The notes under the pieces were generated by a model that had not been told where the DNA came from, did not search any database, and saw nothing but the letters and a program-made list of their open reading frames with translations. Below, piece by piece: positions 28,618 to 36,757 of a stretch of DNA of 64,000 nt. This stretch comes from an archaeon (GTDB lineage Archaea; Nanobdellota; Nanobdellia; Pacearchaeales; GW2011-AR1). A program made the position numbers and the translations under genes. The stretch lies in contig JAYONY010000002.1 of assembly GCA_038121585.1 (NCBI GenBank), positions 221,900-285,899 of the forward strand, in the 5' to 3' direction. The first letter of the stretch is position 1. The number at the start of each line of letters is the position of its first letter.

Positions 28618-29085
28618 TTATGCTGCTTCGTAACTTGCTGAAGCATCATAGTTGTCTCGTAATGCTTTAAGTTCAGTAACATAGGTTCCTTTACTTCGTA
28701 ATCTTCGGTCAAACGTGGTTATTTTATGGCCTTCTTCATCTCGAATAGTGTATTTAGAGCCTTTCTCTTCAACTTCATAGCCTAATTTTTTTGCATGTGA
28801 AACGAGTTCTCGTGCAGTGCCTACTTTATGATCTCGTATTTCGCGGTTAATTTTGGTTAGTTCACCTGCTTTTCGCTCAAGATCACCTTTATCACTTTGT
28901 CTGCTCATAACGTTTATTACAAGCCCTCCTAGGATGCATGCAATGCCCCAGACTGAACTTTCTCCCGCAGGCATTGAATCAATTACTACCATGCCAGTAA
29001 TGCCTGAAAACGTGTTAACCATAAAGAGCGTTCCTGCAACAATGAGCCCTACTCCTAAGCTTCTGCCAACAACTCTAAAGCTCAT
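28618..29085 (-). CDS. two-TM membrane protein with C-terminal HicA-like (dsRBD-like) domain, tentative
   Basis: N-terminus RSLGV..GITG plus TM helices. The C-terminus ARELVSHAKKLGYEVEEKGSKYTIRDEEGHKITTF resembles HicA/YcfA but has GSKY where HicA has GSHH. Confidence 0.4.
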   Translation of the reverse strand: MSFRVVGRSLGVGLIVAGTLFMVNTFSGITGMVVIDSMPAGESSVWGIACILGGLVINVMSRQSDKGDLERKAGELTKINREIRDHKVGTARELVSHAKKLGYEVEEKGSKYTIRDEEGHKITTFDRRLRSKGTYVTELKALRDNYDASASYEAA

Positions 29086-29276
29086 TATGCATACCTCATA
29101 CTTGCAAACACAAGTAATGTCCCGACAAGAACAAACACAACACCGCCTGCTGAGGTCATACTCCCTGCTAGTCCTTCAGAAATAGTAAATCCCGTAATGC
29201 CTTGTACCGTACTAAGTAGCATAATTGCTCCTAAAAGTAATGAAAGTACTCCAAGTGATCGCCATACATTGCCCAT
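29085..29276 (-). CDS. small two-TM membrane protein, paralogue of the N-terminus of the 28618..29085 product
   Basis: MGNVWRSLGVLSLLLGAIMLLSTVQGITG matches VVGRSLGVGLIVAGTLFMVNTFSGITG. Its stop overlaps the downstream ATG (TAATG). ATG 29276 preferred over GTG 29315. Confidence 0.4.
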   Translation of the reverse strand: MGNVWRSLGVLSLLLGAIMLLSTVQGITGFTISEGLAGSMTSAGGVVFVLVGTLLVFASMRYA

Positions 29277-29326
29277 GATGGCCGTACGCACACTAGATTT
29301 AAATAATTTCCTCACCTAACAATTAC

Positions 29327-29470
29327 ATGCCTGCAAAAGTAAATGCAACAAATGATAGTACCTTAACACATGTATATGGTCATTATGTGTTTGAAATGGA
29401 ACTCCATCCAGATGATGATCCTGAAGGGTTAAAAGAAGATATTCGTGCTATGCACTTTGAACAAAATTAG
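29327..29470 (+). CDS. candidate 47-aa acidic small protein (not in ORF track)
   Basis: ATG 27 nt downstream of the centre of TATA-like GATTTAAATAAT (29295-29306); open to TAG 29468-29470. No homology evidence. Confidence 0.25.
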   Translation: MPAKVNATNDSTLTHVYGHYVFEMELHPDDDPEGLKEDIRAMHFEQN

Positions 29471-30006
29471 TTCTTTTTCTCAAGTAATATTTTACTTTTA
29501 ACAGGCATTTTTGGTTTAACCATTGTGAGGGCTCGTCGTGCTACTCGTACTGCCTGTTCGTTCTCACACGCTACAAGAAAGATTTCTTTACCTGGTTGTA
29601 CTTGTGCTGCTCGTCCTTCAATTATACCGAATGAGTGCTTCATACCGGATGACAGACGGTCAGCTCCAGCACCTGCTGCAGTTTTGTTGTTTCGCAGAAT
29701 ATGGTGTGGGTAGACTTTGATTTCAAAATAATATTGTTTTGGGACATTTTTTTCAAGTGTTTTGTTAATGATTAATCGTCCTGCTTCAAGGGCGTTGTCT
29801 CGAATATTTGCATTTTCTTGTGCTACAAAATGGAGGTAATACTTGAATTTTCCTTCATTATATGCTTGAACGTTACCTAAGTTATATTTCACAATCTTGT
29901 TGTGTGGTGCTACTTTGATGTATGCTTTACTCTTTTTCTTTGATTTTCGCGTATAGGGGCGATTCATTCGCTTAGAATATGATGATGCTTTTCGAAGACC
30001 TGCCAT
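29467..30006 (-). CDS. rpl10e: 50S ribosomal protein L10e (uL16)
   Basis: MAGLRKASSYSKR..PYTRKSKKK..YIKVAPHNKIVKYNLGN. ATG at 30006 sits 1 nt after the L35Ae stop; the track extension to 30075 is rejected. Confidence 0.9.
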   Translation of the reverse strand: MAGLRKASSYSKRMNRPYTRKSKKKSKAYIKVAPHNKIVKYNLGNVQAYNEGKFKYYLHFVAQENANIRDNALEAGRLIINKTLEKNVPKQYYFEIKVYPHHILRNNKTAAGAGADRLSSGMKHSFGIIEGRAAQVQPGKEIFLVACENEQAVRVARRALTMVKPKMPVKSKILLEKKN

Positions 30007-30007
30007 G

Positions 30008-30316
30008 TTACTTCTTTGCCTCCTTCTTAGCAGGGCTAGCCTTCTTCTCAGGCGCTGCTGGAGCATCAACAACAATATTTGTAGTTACTGCCTGTCCAGG
30101 AAGTCCTTTTTCAAATATTGCGCGTACAAGGCCTTTATTACCGTGTGCTGAACTGATTGTACCGTGAATCTCTTTTCCTGCTGGTGAGGTCCAAGTTACC
30201 TTTTTTTGCACCATTTTCATTGCCTCGTCTCGACTAGTTAAACCAATGTCTAAGAGGTAATGGCGCTCATGAATTCTGTGCCGTCCCCGTCTAAATTGTA
30301 CTACAATACCTTCCAT
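30008..30316 (-). CDS. rpl35ae: 50S ribosomal protein L35Ae (eL33) with short A/P/K-rich tail
   Basis: MEGIVVQFRRGRHRIHERHYLL..GKEIHGTISSAHGNKGLVRAIF is typical of L35Ae. Confidence 0.85.
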   Translation of the reverse strand: MEGIVVQFRRGRHRIHERHYLLDIGLTSRDEAMKMVQKKVTWTSPAGKEIHGTISSAHGNKGLVRAIFEKGLPGQAVTTNIVVDAPAAPEKKASPAKKEAKK

Positions 30317-30362
30317 AGTCTGAATGGGTGTTACTAAGGCTTTTTAAACGTTTAGGATAACT

Positions 30363-32159
30363 CTAGGTCGTTATAGTAAAGTCCCCAAGTTCTTTACTTA
30401 GTGTTTTAAGAACGCGAGATGGTACTTCAACGTTTGTACGGTCTTTTGTTTGCCTGATTGCAGTATCAAATGCGGTAGCATCGCTTGCTACAAGGCCTTT
30501 TTCTGTAATTGCTTGTATTGTTGCACCTGATACGAGGAATGCTCCAAGATCGGTCATAACGAGTTCTGATCGTTTGTCTTTACCGTGTGCTACTGGAAAT
30601 ACTCCTTTTTCAACTGCGATAAGTTCTTTTCGTTGTGAATATTCTACAAGTGCTCGTACCAGTTCTTCTCCATCTCGTCGTATGCTATCGACATGTGCTT
30701 GTGTCATTTTTCCGCCTTTTGCTTTTTGCTTTAAGGTGCTCACTTCTTTGAGTACATTCACGTAGCGTCGTTGTAGTTTACCTGTTTTTACAAGTTCCTT
30801 TTCGAATTGTTTTGCGAGTTCTTCCTTGCTTTTCGTTCCTAAAATCTTCTTGAGTATGTCATAGAGTTCATCATGTACTTGTGAGGCACTTTGTTCAATC
30901 ATTCGTTGTTCGAGTTTTTTTCGGAGCTCTTTCATTTTTTTATCATATTCTTGTGCTTCTTTGAAGAATTGATCAATTTCTTTCCCAGGGATTTTTTTCA
31001 ACTTTCCGTGTTCATAGTCTTTGAAATATTTCACTGCTTTCTCAAGTGTTTTAAGTTCTTTTTGACCCATGAGCTTTTCTTTATCGACAAAGAGTGCTTT
31101 GACTTCTTGTACAATTGTTTTCGGGGCTGGTGGTGCGTGACCTGCTAGCATCATAAGTGCTTGTATAGGGGTGACAACTCCGTAGTAAATGTCAACCATC
31201 GAATCTAGGAGTTTACGATTTACTAGCATTTCGGTTTGGTCGCCGAACTTCATGAATTTATCAACTGCTTCTGGTGTTGGTTTTATCTTACCCATTTGCA
31301 AAAGTAGTTTCCATGGAAGGAATGTTCCGCGGTCAGCGAGTGGTACTCCGTCTCGGATAAAGGTAAACATTACAGGGTTTGCATCTTTTACATTATCCCA
31401 AAAGTCAGTTAAGAGGTATACTTGCACGTTTAACGGATTGGTTACTCCTGCGAGTGCTGTTGCTTCTTTAATATAATCATAAATCATTCCTCGAAGTCGT
31501 TCCAGTAGTTGAAGTCGTGGCATGCGTTTAACATCGGTATCATCAATGACTACAAATGTGTCGACGTCAGAGGTGTCGTCTGCAGTTCCACGTACAACGC
31601 TCCCTCCGACCACATAGCTTGCGACATATTTATCGAATTTTCGCATAACAAGCGTTTTGTGAATTACTGATACGCGTACCGCTCCTAAGAAGCCGGTATC
31701 ATGAATGGGAAAACTATGGCCTATTGCATCTACGAATTCTGGCTTTGAGTCCATCCCATAATTCCAAACGTCAACGGGTGTTTTGATGTGCACCCAAGCA
31801 TTCTGTTTATGGGCTTGCACAAGTTTTACTACTTCTGGTTTTATTTTTTTAGGAATATTCTTGTATTCATCTTCCGGTACAAGCATGAGGATGTGCATTG
31901 GTTTTTTATCTTTCTCTTCTTGAGTCATACTTGCTTCTTCTTCAAATAGTTCAACTGACTGTGCAGGGAGTACTGAAAGACTAATAGTAAATTTGAATTT
32001 TTTAGTGATCTCTTTTGCGAATGCATCAAGGTCTTTTTTGATTTTCTCTGCTTCAATCGTTGCAGTATTTTGGGCTATGCTGTCTCCTCGAGGGTGCTCA
32101 GAATCATAAGTGCTTGGTGCATTTATTTGATCGCCGAGGTTAGGTTTGGTATCTTTCAT
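30363..32159 (-). CDS. nucleotidyltransferase-domain protein (paralogue of 23413..24564) with extra N- and C-terminal regions
   Basis: VVGGSVVRGTADDTSDVDTFVVIDD NTase motif; shared downstream blocks GKIKPTPEAV, HAPPAPKTI, GKEIDQ. Confidence 0.65.
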   Translation of the reverse strand: MKDTKPNLGDQINAPSTYDSEHPRGDSIAQNTATIEAEKIKKDLDAFAKEITKKFKFTISLSVLPAQSVELFEEEASMTQEEKDKKPMHILMLVPEDEYKNIPKKIKPEVVKLVQAHKQNAWVHIKTPVDVWNYGMDSKPEFVDAIGHSFPIHDTGFLGAVRVSVIHKTLVMRKFDKYVASYVVGGSVVRGTADDTSDVDTFVVIDDTDVKRMPRLQLLERLRGMIYDYIKEATALAGVTNPLNVQVYLLTDFWDNVKDANPVMFTFIRDGVPLADRGTFLPWKLLLQMGKIKPTPEAVDKFMKFGDQTEMLVNRKLLDSMVDIYYGVVTPIQALMMLAGHAPPAPKTIVQEVKALFVDKEKLMGQKELKTLEKAVKYFKDYEHGKLKKIPGKEIDQFFKEAQEYDKKMKELRKKLEQRMIEQSASQVHDELYDILKKILGTKSKEELAKQFEKELVKTGKLQRRYVNVLKEVSTLKQKAKGGKMTQAHVDSIRRDGEELVRALVEYSQRKELIAVEKGVFPVAHGKDKRSELVMTDLGAFLVSGATIQAITEKGLVASDATAFDTAIRQTKDRTNVEVPSRVLKTLSKELGDFTITT

Positions 32160-32284
32160 TGTATTGCATATATGGTGAGTGTTATATAAACGTTGTCCGC
32201 ATGAGACTATATAAGTGTTTGGTTAGTAACTACTTAATAATAATAAAACAAATAGTTATATAGCGTTTGACGATTACTAACACT

Positions 32285-32824
32285 ATGCAGCGACTACTAA
32301 AAAAAACGTACGTCCCACAATTTGTATATGGGGGTATCGATGGTGCTATAACAACATTAGCTGTAATGGCTGGTGCGGTCGGTGCATCACTGAGTTCTGG
32401 AGTTATCATAATTTTAGGATTTGCAAATTTAATTGCTGACGGGTTTTCAATGGGCATCTCTGCATATTTATCTGTTAAATCGGAGCCTGATGTGCATAAG
32501 GGGCATAAGGATGAAAAACACTATCGTTCACGAGCTGACGGTGCGCGAGCACATGGATGGGTTACGTTTATATCCTTTCTAATAATTGGGTTTATTCCGT
32601 TAGCACCGTTTGTTCTAACGTTGTTTGTTCCAGGGCTTATCGAGCATAGATTTACGTTTGCAGTAATCGCAACTGCTGTTGCGCTCGGACTCGTCGGGTG
32701 GGTAAAGGGAACCATTGTACAAAACAAACCCTGGCGTTCAGCTTTTGAAACATTACTCATTGGGGGAATTGCAGCAGTACTTGCATTCCTCGTCGGATAT
32801 TTTTTGAGAGATATTGCAGGATAA
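32285..32824 (+). CDS. VIT1/CCC1-family iron/manganese transporter
   Basis: YGGIDGAITTLAVMAGAVGA..GFANLIADGFSMGISAYLS and C-terminal TM helices. ATG 32285 lies about 25 nt after TATA-like AGTTATATAG. Confidence 0.8.
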   Translation: MQRLLKKTYVPQFVYGGIDGAITTLAVMAGAVGASLSSGVIIILGFANLIADGFSMGISAYLSVKSEPDVHKGHKDEKHYRSRADGARAHGWVTFISFLIIGFIPLAPFVLTLFVPGLIEHRFTFAVIATAVALGLVGWVKGTIVQNKPWRSAFETLLIGGIAAVLAFLVGYFLRDIAG

Positions 32825-32825
32825 A

Positions 32826-33905
32826 TCAATGTTCATCATCACCTTCTTTAGCACGTCGTCGAATACCTAATTTTTCATAAAATCCTCGTTGCATGTAGGC
32901 ATCAACAACGTTAGTTAATGTTTGTCGATCTTCATCCCCTCGAACAAGGCTTCCAAAGATTCCGAGGGGGAGTTGAAAGCCTCCTTTGTCGTAACGTCCG
33001 CCATAATCTCCTTCTTTAACTTCTGGAAATGTTTCTTTAATAAAATCTGAGGGGCGAATTCCGTCATTAGTTGTTCGTAGAGAAGCATCAATTGAGTTAC
33101 CAACAATTCCGTACACGAGCACTGTATCAATGCCTGCTCGTCGGAGTAAAAAGTCTGCTGCTTGCGGAATTGCATCACGGTCTGAACGACGCACAACTCC
33201 TACTCCTGAGAGTAAATAATTATCTTCTATTGTTTTATTCGAATATGCATCCTGAATAATATCCATTGAGCGAGGGGAGAGTGCTTGCACGCTTATTTTA
33301 CGCAGGAGATTATGGTCTGCAAAGTTTGAAAGGTAAGCTATCGCACCATAATCGCTGTGTTTTGCATTTATGAGGTTGTCTGTATCGCTACGAATACCGT
33401 GGGCAAGAGCTGTTGCTAAATTCGCATCTTCTTCAGAGTCCTCAGAGAGTAATCCTAGTTCTTCAAGGTACTTTGCGTACGTTGTTGCAGTAGCACCTAC
33501 TGTTTTATCAATATCTTCAAACTGGGAAGGGATACTTGTATCAATTATATCGTGATGGTCAACGCGAGATACAAGCGGTAGGTCTTTGAGTGCTTCACGA
33601 AATGCTTCATCGGGCAATTGTGAGTCAACAACACAGTACCCTGCAAAATCTTCAAATGCAAGCGTACTATCTGGGTATTTTATTGTTTCAATACCCAATA
33701 GTTTTGATAACGCCCTATTTTCCTGATGACTAATATCTCGAGCGTAGGCGATAGTTGAAGCAACTCCTTGCTTTGCAGCAATGACTTTTTGAGCCATTGC
33801 TGATGAGATACAGTCAGGATCTGGATGTCCCTGTAATGCTATTAGAAGTTTTTTCCCCTCATACTGTTGCAGCGTTTCAAGCAGCTCGCTTGACTTTGAA
33901 GCCAT
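32826..33905 (-). CDS. DHH-family phosphoesterase (NrnA-like)
   Basis: HPDPDCISSA (DxD), RVDHHD (DHH), GIRSDT; C-terminal DHHA1-like region. Confidence 0.75.
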   Translation of the reverse strand: MASKSSELLETLQQYEGKKLLIALQGHPDPDCISSAMAQKVIAAKQGVASTIAYARDISHQENRALSKLLGIETIKYPDSTLAFEDFAGYCVVDSQLPDEAFREALKDLPLVSRVDHHDIIDTSIPSQFEDIDKTVGATATTYAKYLEELGLLSEDSEEDANLATALAHGIRSDTDNLINAKHSDYGAIAYLSNFADHNLLRKISVQALSPRSMDIIQDAYSNKTIEDNYLLSGVGVVRRSDRDAIPQAADFLLRRAGIDTVLVYGIVGNSIDASLRTTNDGIRPSDFIKETFPEVKEGDYGGRYDKGGFQLPLGIFGSLVRGDEDRQTLTNVVDAYMQRGFYEKLGIRRRAKEGDDEH

Positions 33906-34007
33906 TGTGCATGACGCCGAACGAGTGTTTTAAAGATTGTTATATTTCATTTTCAGGAGGGGCAAGTTCTAAAAAGACTGGGTAATGTAGTAGTGTAAGG
34001 TGATACT

Positions 34008-34553
34008 ATGCCTCAGGCAATCTTACATATTCTTGTACCATTAACACTAGCAGCGCTGTTCAAGGATATCTATGAACGAAACCATGGGAGGGGGACCTTT
34101 CCACTTCATTATGTCCTTATTGCTGGTATCGCAGGCATTATCCCTGACCTTGACGTTGCAGTTTTTTTTATAGTGCATCTTTTATTCGGACTCGATTTTG
34201 ACGCGATTCACCGTACTGGTGCACACACGTTGTTTGTTCCATTAGCTTTTTGTGGTCTTGCAATAATCTTTCGAAAATCACATGTGAAGTTTTTACGAAC
34301 ACATCATTTGAAAGTACCGATTGTTTTCTACTTGTTAGCTTTTGGAAGTCTCATTCATATGATCTTAGATAGTATTTTTGGAGGTACGATAATGCCGCTC
34401 TATCCTCTCTCTCATTTTGCGATAGGGTTTAATCTTGTTGGGCGACTACCTGAACAAATAGGGAGGGTCTTTGTACCATCGCTAGAGGCTGGACTCTTTG
34501 TTTTATGGCTTATTTGGCTTGAAGTTAAGCACAAGGTAAGTGATTTCATATGA
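34008..34553 (+). CDS. membrane-bound metal-dependent hydrolase (DUF457/YdjM-like)
   Basis: Multi-TM protein with IPDLD and HRTGAHT His/Asp motifs. Confidence 0.6.
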   Translation: MPQAILHILVPLTLAALFKDIYERNHGRGTFPLHYVLIAGIAGIIPDLDVAVFFIVHLLFGLDFDAIHRTGAHTLFVPLAFCGLAIIFRKSHVKFLRTHHLKVPIVFYLLAFGSLIHMILDSIFGGTIMPLYPLSHFAIGFNLVGRLPEQIGRVFVPSLEAGLFVLWLIWLEVKHKVSDFI

Positions 34554-34693
34554 AAGAACAAGGAATAAATTTGCAACAAGAAGGAGATAATTATTTGGTA
34601 TGTGAGGCTTGCGGGTTTCAATTAATTGAAAGAACATGTAAATTGCGATGTGAACGGTGTGGCTATTTCAGGAGCTGTTCTGACTTATTTTGA
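34550..34693 (+). CDS. 47-aa zinc-ribbon-like small protein (not in ORF track)
   Basis: ATG overlaps the upstream TGA (ATGA). MKEQGINLQQEGDNYLVCEACGFQLIERTCKLRCERCGYFRSCSDLF has the pattern CxxC-x8-CxxxCxxC. Confidence 0.4.
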   Translation: MKEQGINLQQEGDNYLVCEACGFQLIERTCKLRCERCGYFRSCSDLF

Positions 34694-35059
34694 GATGGGG
34701 GTATTTGTTTCAACGGCATCAATAAGTCGTACTGCCCGCGTAGAATCAGTATCGCCTTCTGGTCGGTACGTTATTGGTATATAGGTTCCTTCAAGGGAAT
34801 CGTACTCACTTTGTGTCATATGCGGTGATAGAAAGACGTAGAGTCTTTCATCATTTGTAACATTCATTGTTCCGTTGTCGGAATGTGTACGGACACCAAT
34901 TCCTGCTTCATATCGTCCTGGTCTAACACCATCGCGGGTTGAGAGGACTACATTCTGATAAACAAGGGGATGCCCGCTCTTGAGTAGATGTTTATCATTT
35001 TTTGTTAAAGCAATTTCAAGTACACTATGGTCTTCTCGTCTATCTTGTCCGATATGCAT
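34685..35059 (-). CDS. hypothetical protein
   Basis: ATG at 35059 (MHIGQDRRED..) preferred over the TTG at 35140; no motif. Confidence 0.4.
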   Translation of the reverse strand: MHIGQDRREDHSVLEIALTKNDKHLLKSGHPLVYQNVVLSTRDGVRPGRYEAGIGVRTHSDNGTMNVTNDERLYVFLSPHMTQSEYDSLEGTYIPITYRPEGDTDSTRAVRLIDAVETNTPISK

Positions 35060-35178
35060 ACAAAAGTATTTTTTTTGTTTGTTCTTAACCTTTACTACAC
35101 TGAAGAATATAGGGTATTTATCACTTGCAAGTAGGTACAAATAACAATATTTATATAGTCTTTAAACATATAATATGT

Positions 35179-35748
35179 ATGAACATACAAAAAGAAAACG
35201 TACGCGGATGGCTTGAACAAATGGTAGCAAAGCATCCTGATAAAATAACTGCACGACTCAGAGAAGGGGACACACTGAGCAAAGGACGTACGCGAGCGTA
35301 TGAAATTGATGATGGGGGTCTCGATACAAAACTCGGTGATTTTCCAAAGGGCGTAGTGCCGTACGGACCTATTCGAAGGAAAATGAGCGGTTCATCCGCG
35401 GATACGCGAAGTCTTTTTGGTACTCGTTCAAAAATACCTCTTTCTGATGCCTTTAATGCTGGAAAAGGGCAATGTCTCGAAAAAGCAGCGCTCGTGCAAC
35501 TCGCAGCACAACGAGGGGGAGATGCATATCTTATTAACGATGGTGTTCTTGAGGTAATGGGAGGCTCTGGAGGGGGGCATCACGCGTATAATATTGTGTT
35601 TGACAAGGGTGAACCGTTCCTTATTGATGCACAAAATCCTCTTTCAGAAAATCATCCGTATATTGCACCTGTTGAAGGGATAAACAAACTCGGACGATTT
35701 ATTGTGCCAGAAAATTGGCAGCAAGGAAGATTCTATAGTATTACCTAA
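35179..35748 (+). CDS. transglutaminase-like cysteine peptidase-fold protein (tentative)
   Basis: GKGQCLEKAALVQLAAQRGG (Cys), GGHHAYNIVF (His) and FLIDAQNP (Asp) occur in transglutaminase-core order. ATG 35179 lies about 28 nt after ATTTATATAG. Confidence 0.5.
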   Translation: MNIQKENVRGWLEQMVAKHPDKITARLREGDTLSKGRTRAYEIDDGGLDTKLGDFPKGVVPYGPIRRKMSGSSADTRSLFGTRSKIPLSDAFNAGKGQCLEKAALVQLAAQRGGDAYLINDGVLEVMGGSGGGHHAYNIVFDKGEPFLIDAQNPLSENHPYIAPVEGINKLGRFIVPENWQQGRFYSIT

Positions 35749-35776
35749 ATGAAATTAAATGTTCAACATAAAAAAT

Positions 35777-36073
35777 TTATTCACTTTGAAGTCTAAATTT
35801 ACTAGCGTCAAAGTACGCTTCAGGCATTCCTCCAAGAATAGAGCGAGGATTATGTATTTCTTCAAGGCGAATGCCATTGCGACGTTTTCCTTTGAATAGG
35901 TTACCATATGAACCGTACTCTCTTACGGTGTATACTTCCCCTCGTTCAGGGACTTCAATCCCTACATTGTGCTTTCGTACATATGACATTTTTTCAACGT
36001 CAAAATTGCCTGTTGGGGTGACTCTGTCGCCAGCTTGGAATTCTCCAACACGTCTAAGGTGCTTTTTGCGCAT
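35777..36073 (-). CDS. hypothetical small basic protein
   Basis: 98-aa ORF with ATG; no motif. Confidence 0.35.
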   Translation of the reverse strand: MRKKHLRRVGEFQAGDRVTPTGNFDVEKMSYVRKHNVGIEVPERGEVYTVREYGSYGNLFKGKRRNGIRLEEIHNPRSILGGMPEAYFDASKFRLQSE

Positions 36074-36124
36074 GAGGTTTGCTAAAATTGCAGATTAATA
36101 AATATGCCTGTCAGAAATGAGGGG

Positions 36125-36496
36125 CTAGTTTTCAATGGTGTAAATCCAGTTTTCAGTATTCTTAAAAAAATTAGATGCAATAAACGCTAAGATTTTGATG
36201 ATTATAGATTTTACAAACGGGTGTAATTGTAGGCAGATATCAATATCTATTCCTTGCTCTCCTATATGGATAATTTTTACATTGCATTCTTCTATATTGA
36301 ATTTAGAGCCTAATGTGCCAATAACTTCTTCTAACTTCCCATACATAGTATAATAATCAGGATGATCTGTATGGATGACTATTATTTTTGCAATGGCATC
36401 ATATTCTATACAGGTATAAGAGATCTTTTTATCTGAATACTTTGGGCCCCACCTAATTATTTTCGCGTTTGTAGAAAATGCTGATTCTATATTCAT
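36125..36496 (-). CDS. hypothetical protein in a visibly AT-rich segment
   Basis: 123-aa ORF with ATG. Composition is clearly more AT-rich by eye than the flanks. Confidence 0.35.
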   Translation of the reverse strand: MNIESAFSTNAKIIRWGPKYSDKKISYTCIEYDAIAKIIVIHTDHPDYYTMYGKLEEVIGTLGSKFNIEECNVKIIHIGEQGIDIDICLQLHPFVKSIIIKILAFIASNFFKNTENWIYTIEN

Positions 36497-36541
36497 GTAG
36501 AAAAAGATCGAAATGTTGATTTAAATGTATCTTCGATTCGA

Positions 36542-36556
36542 AGTGGCCCCGGGCAG
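36542..36556 (-). repeat. duplicated copy of the tRNA-Val 3' end (att-like scar)
   Basis: AGTGGCCCCGGGCAG is identical to 36613-36627. Weaker similarity extends over about 24 nt (AGTTgtcaaCTGCC versus AGTTcgattCTGCC). Confidence 0.7.
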
Positions 36557-36612
36557 TTGACAACTTTTTGCTGAATAAAAGTTGGATGCTCGCGGGGATG
36601 CGAACGTTAGTG

Positions 36613-36627
36613 AGTGGCCCCGGGCAG
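36613..36627 (-). repeat. second copy of the 15-nt direct repeat (inside and 2 nt beyond the tRNA-Val 3' end)
   Basis: Exact 15-nt match to 36542-36556. Confidence 0.7.
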
Positions 36628-36686
36628 AATCGAACTGCCGACTACTCGGTGTAAACGAGTCGGTTTAACCACTAGCCTACGGGGCC
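36615..36686 (-). tRNA. tRNA-Val(UAC), no intron, CCA not encoded
   Basis: Minus strand GGCCCCG-TA-GGCT..AACC-G-ACTCG-TTTACAC-CGAGT-AGTC-GGCAG-TTCGATT-CTGCC-CGGGGCC-A. Acceptor, anticodon and T stems pair perfectly; the D stem has one C.A mismatch. Confidence 0.9.
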
Positions 36687-36757
36687 TCTCTGATTGCTCG
36701 ATGAGCAAGTCAAAATGGATGGTTCTTGCAAGAGTTAACAGTTTTTAAGCGTATTGG

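Noticed and set aside
30007-30075. N-terminal extension of L10e (MLLMLQQRLRRRLALLRRRQRSN)
   Set aside because: The extension overlaps the L35Ae coding end. The conserved L10e N-terminus MAGLRK starts at ATG 30006, directly after the L35Ae stop.
36542-36556. Split-tRNA half gene or second tRNA between 36497 and 36612
   Set aside because: The upstream sequence cannot form a T arm or any other cloverleaf element (GTTGTCAA replaces GGCAGTTCGATT). It fits a decayed duplicate of the tRNA-Val 3' end better.
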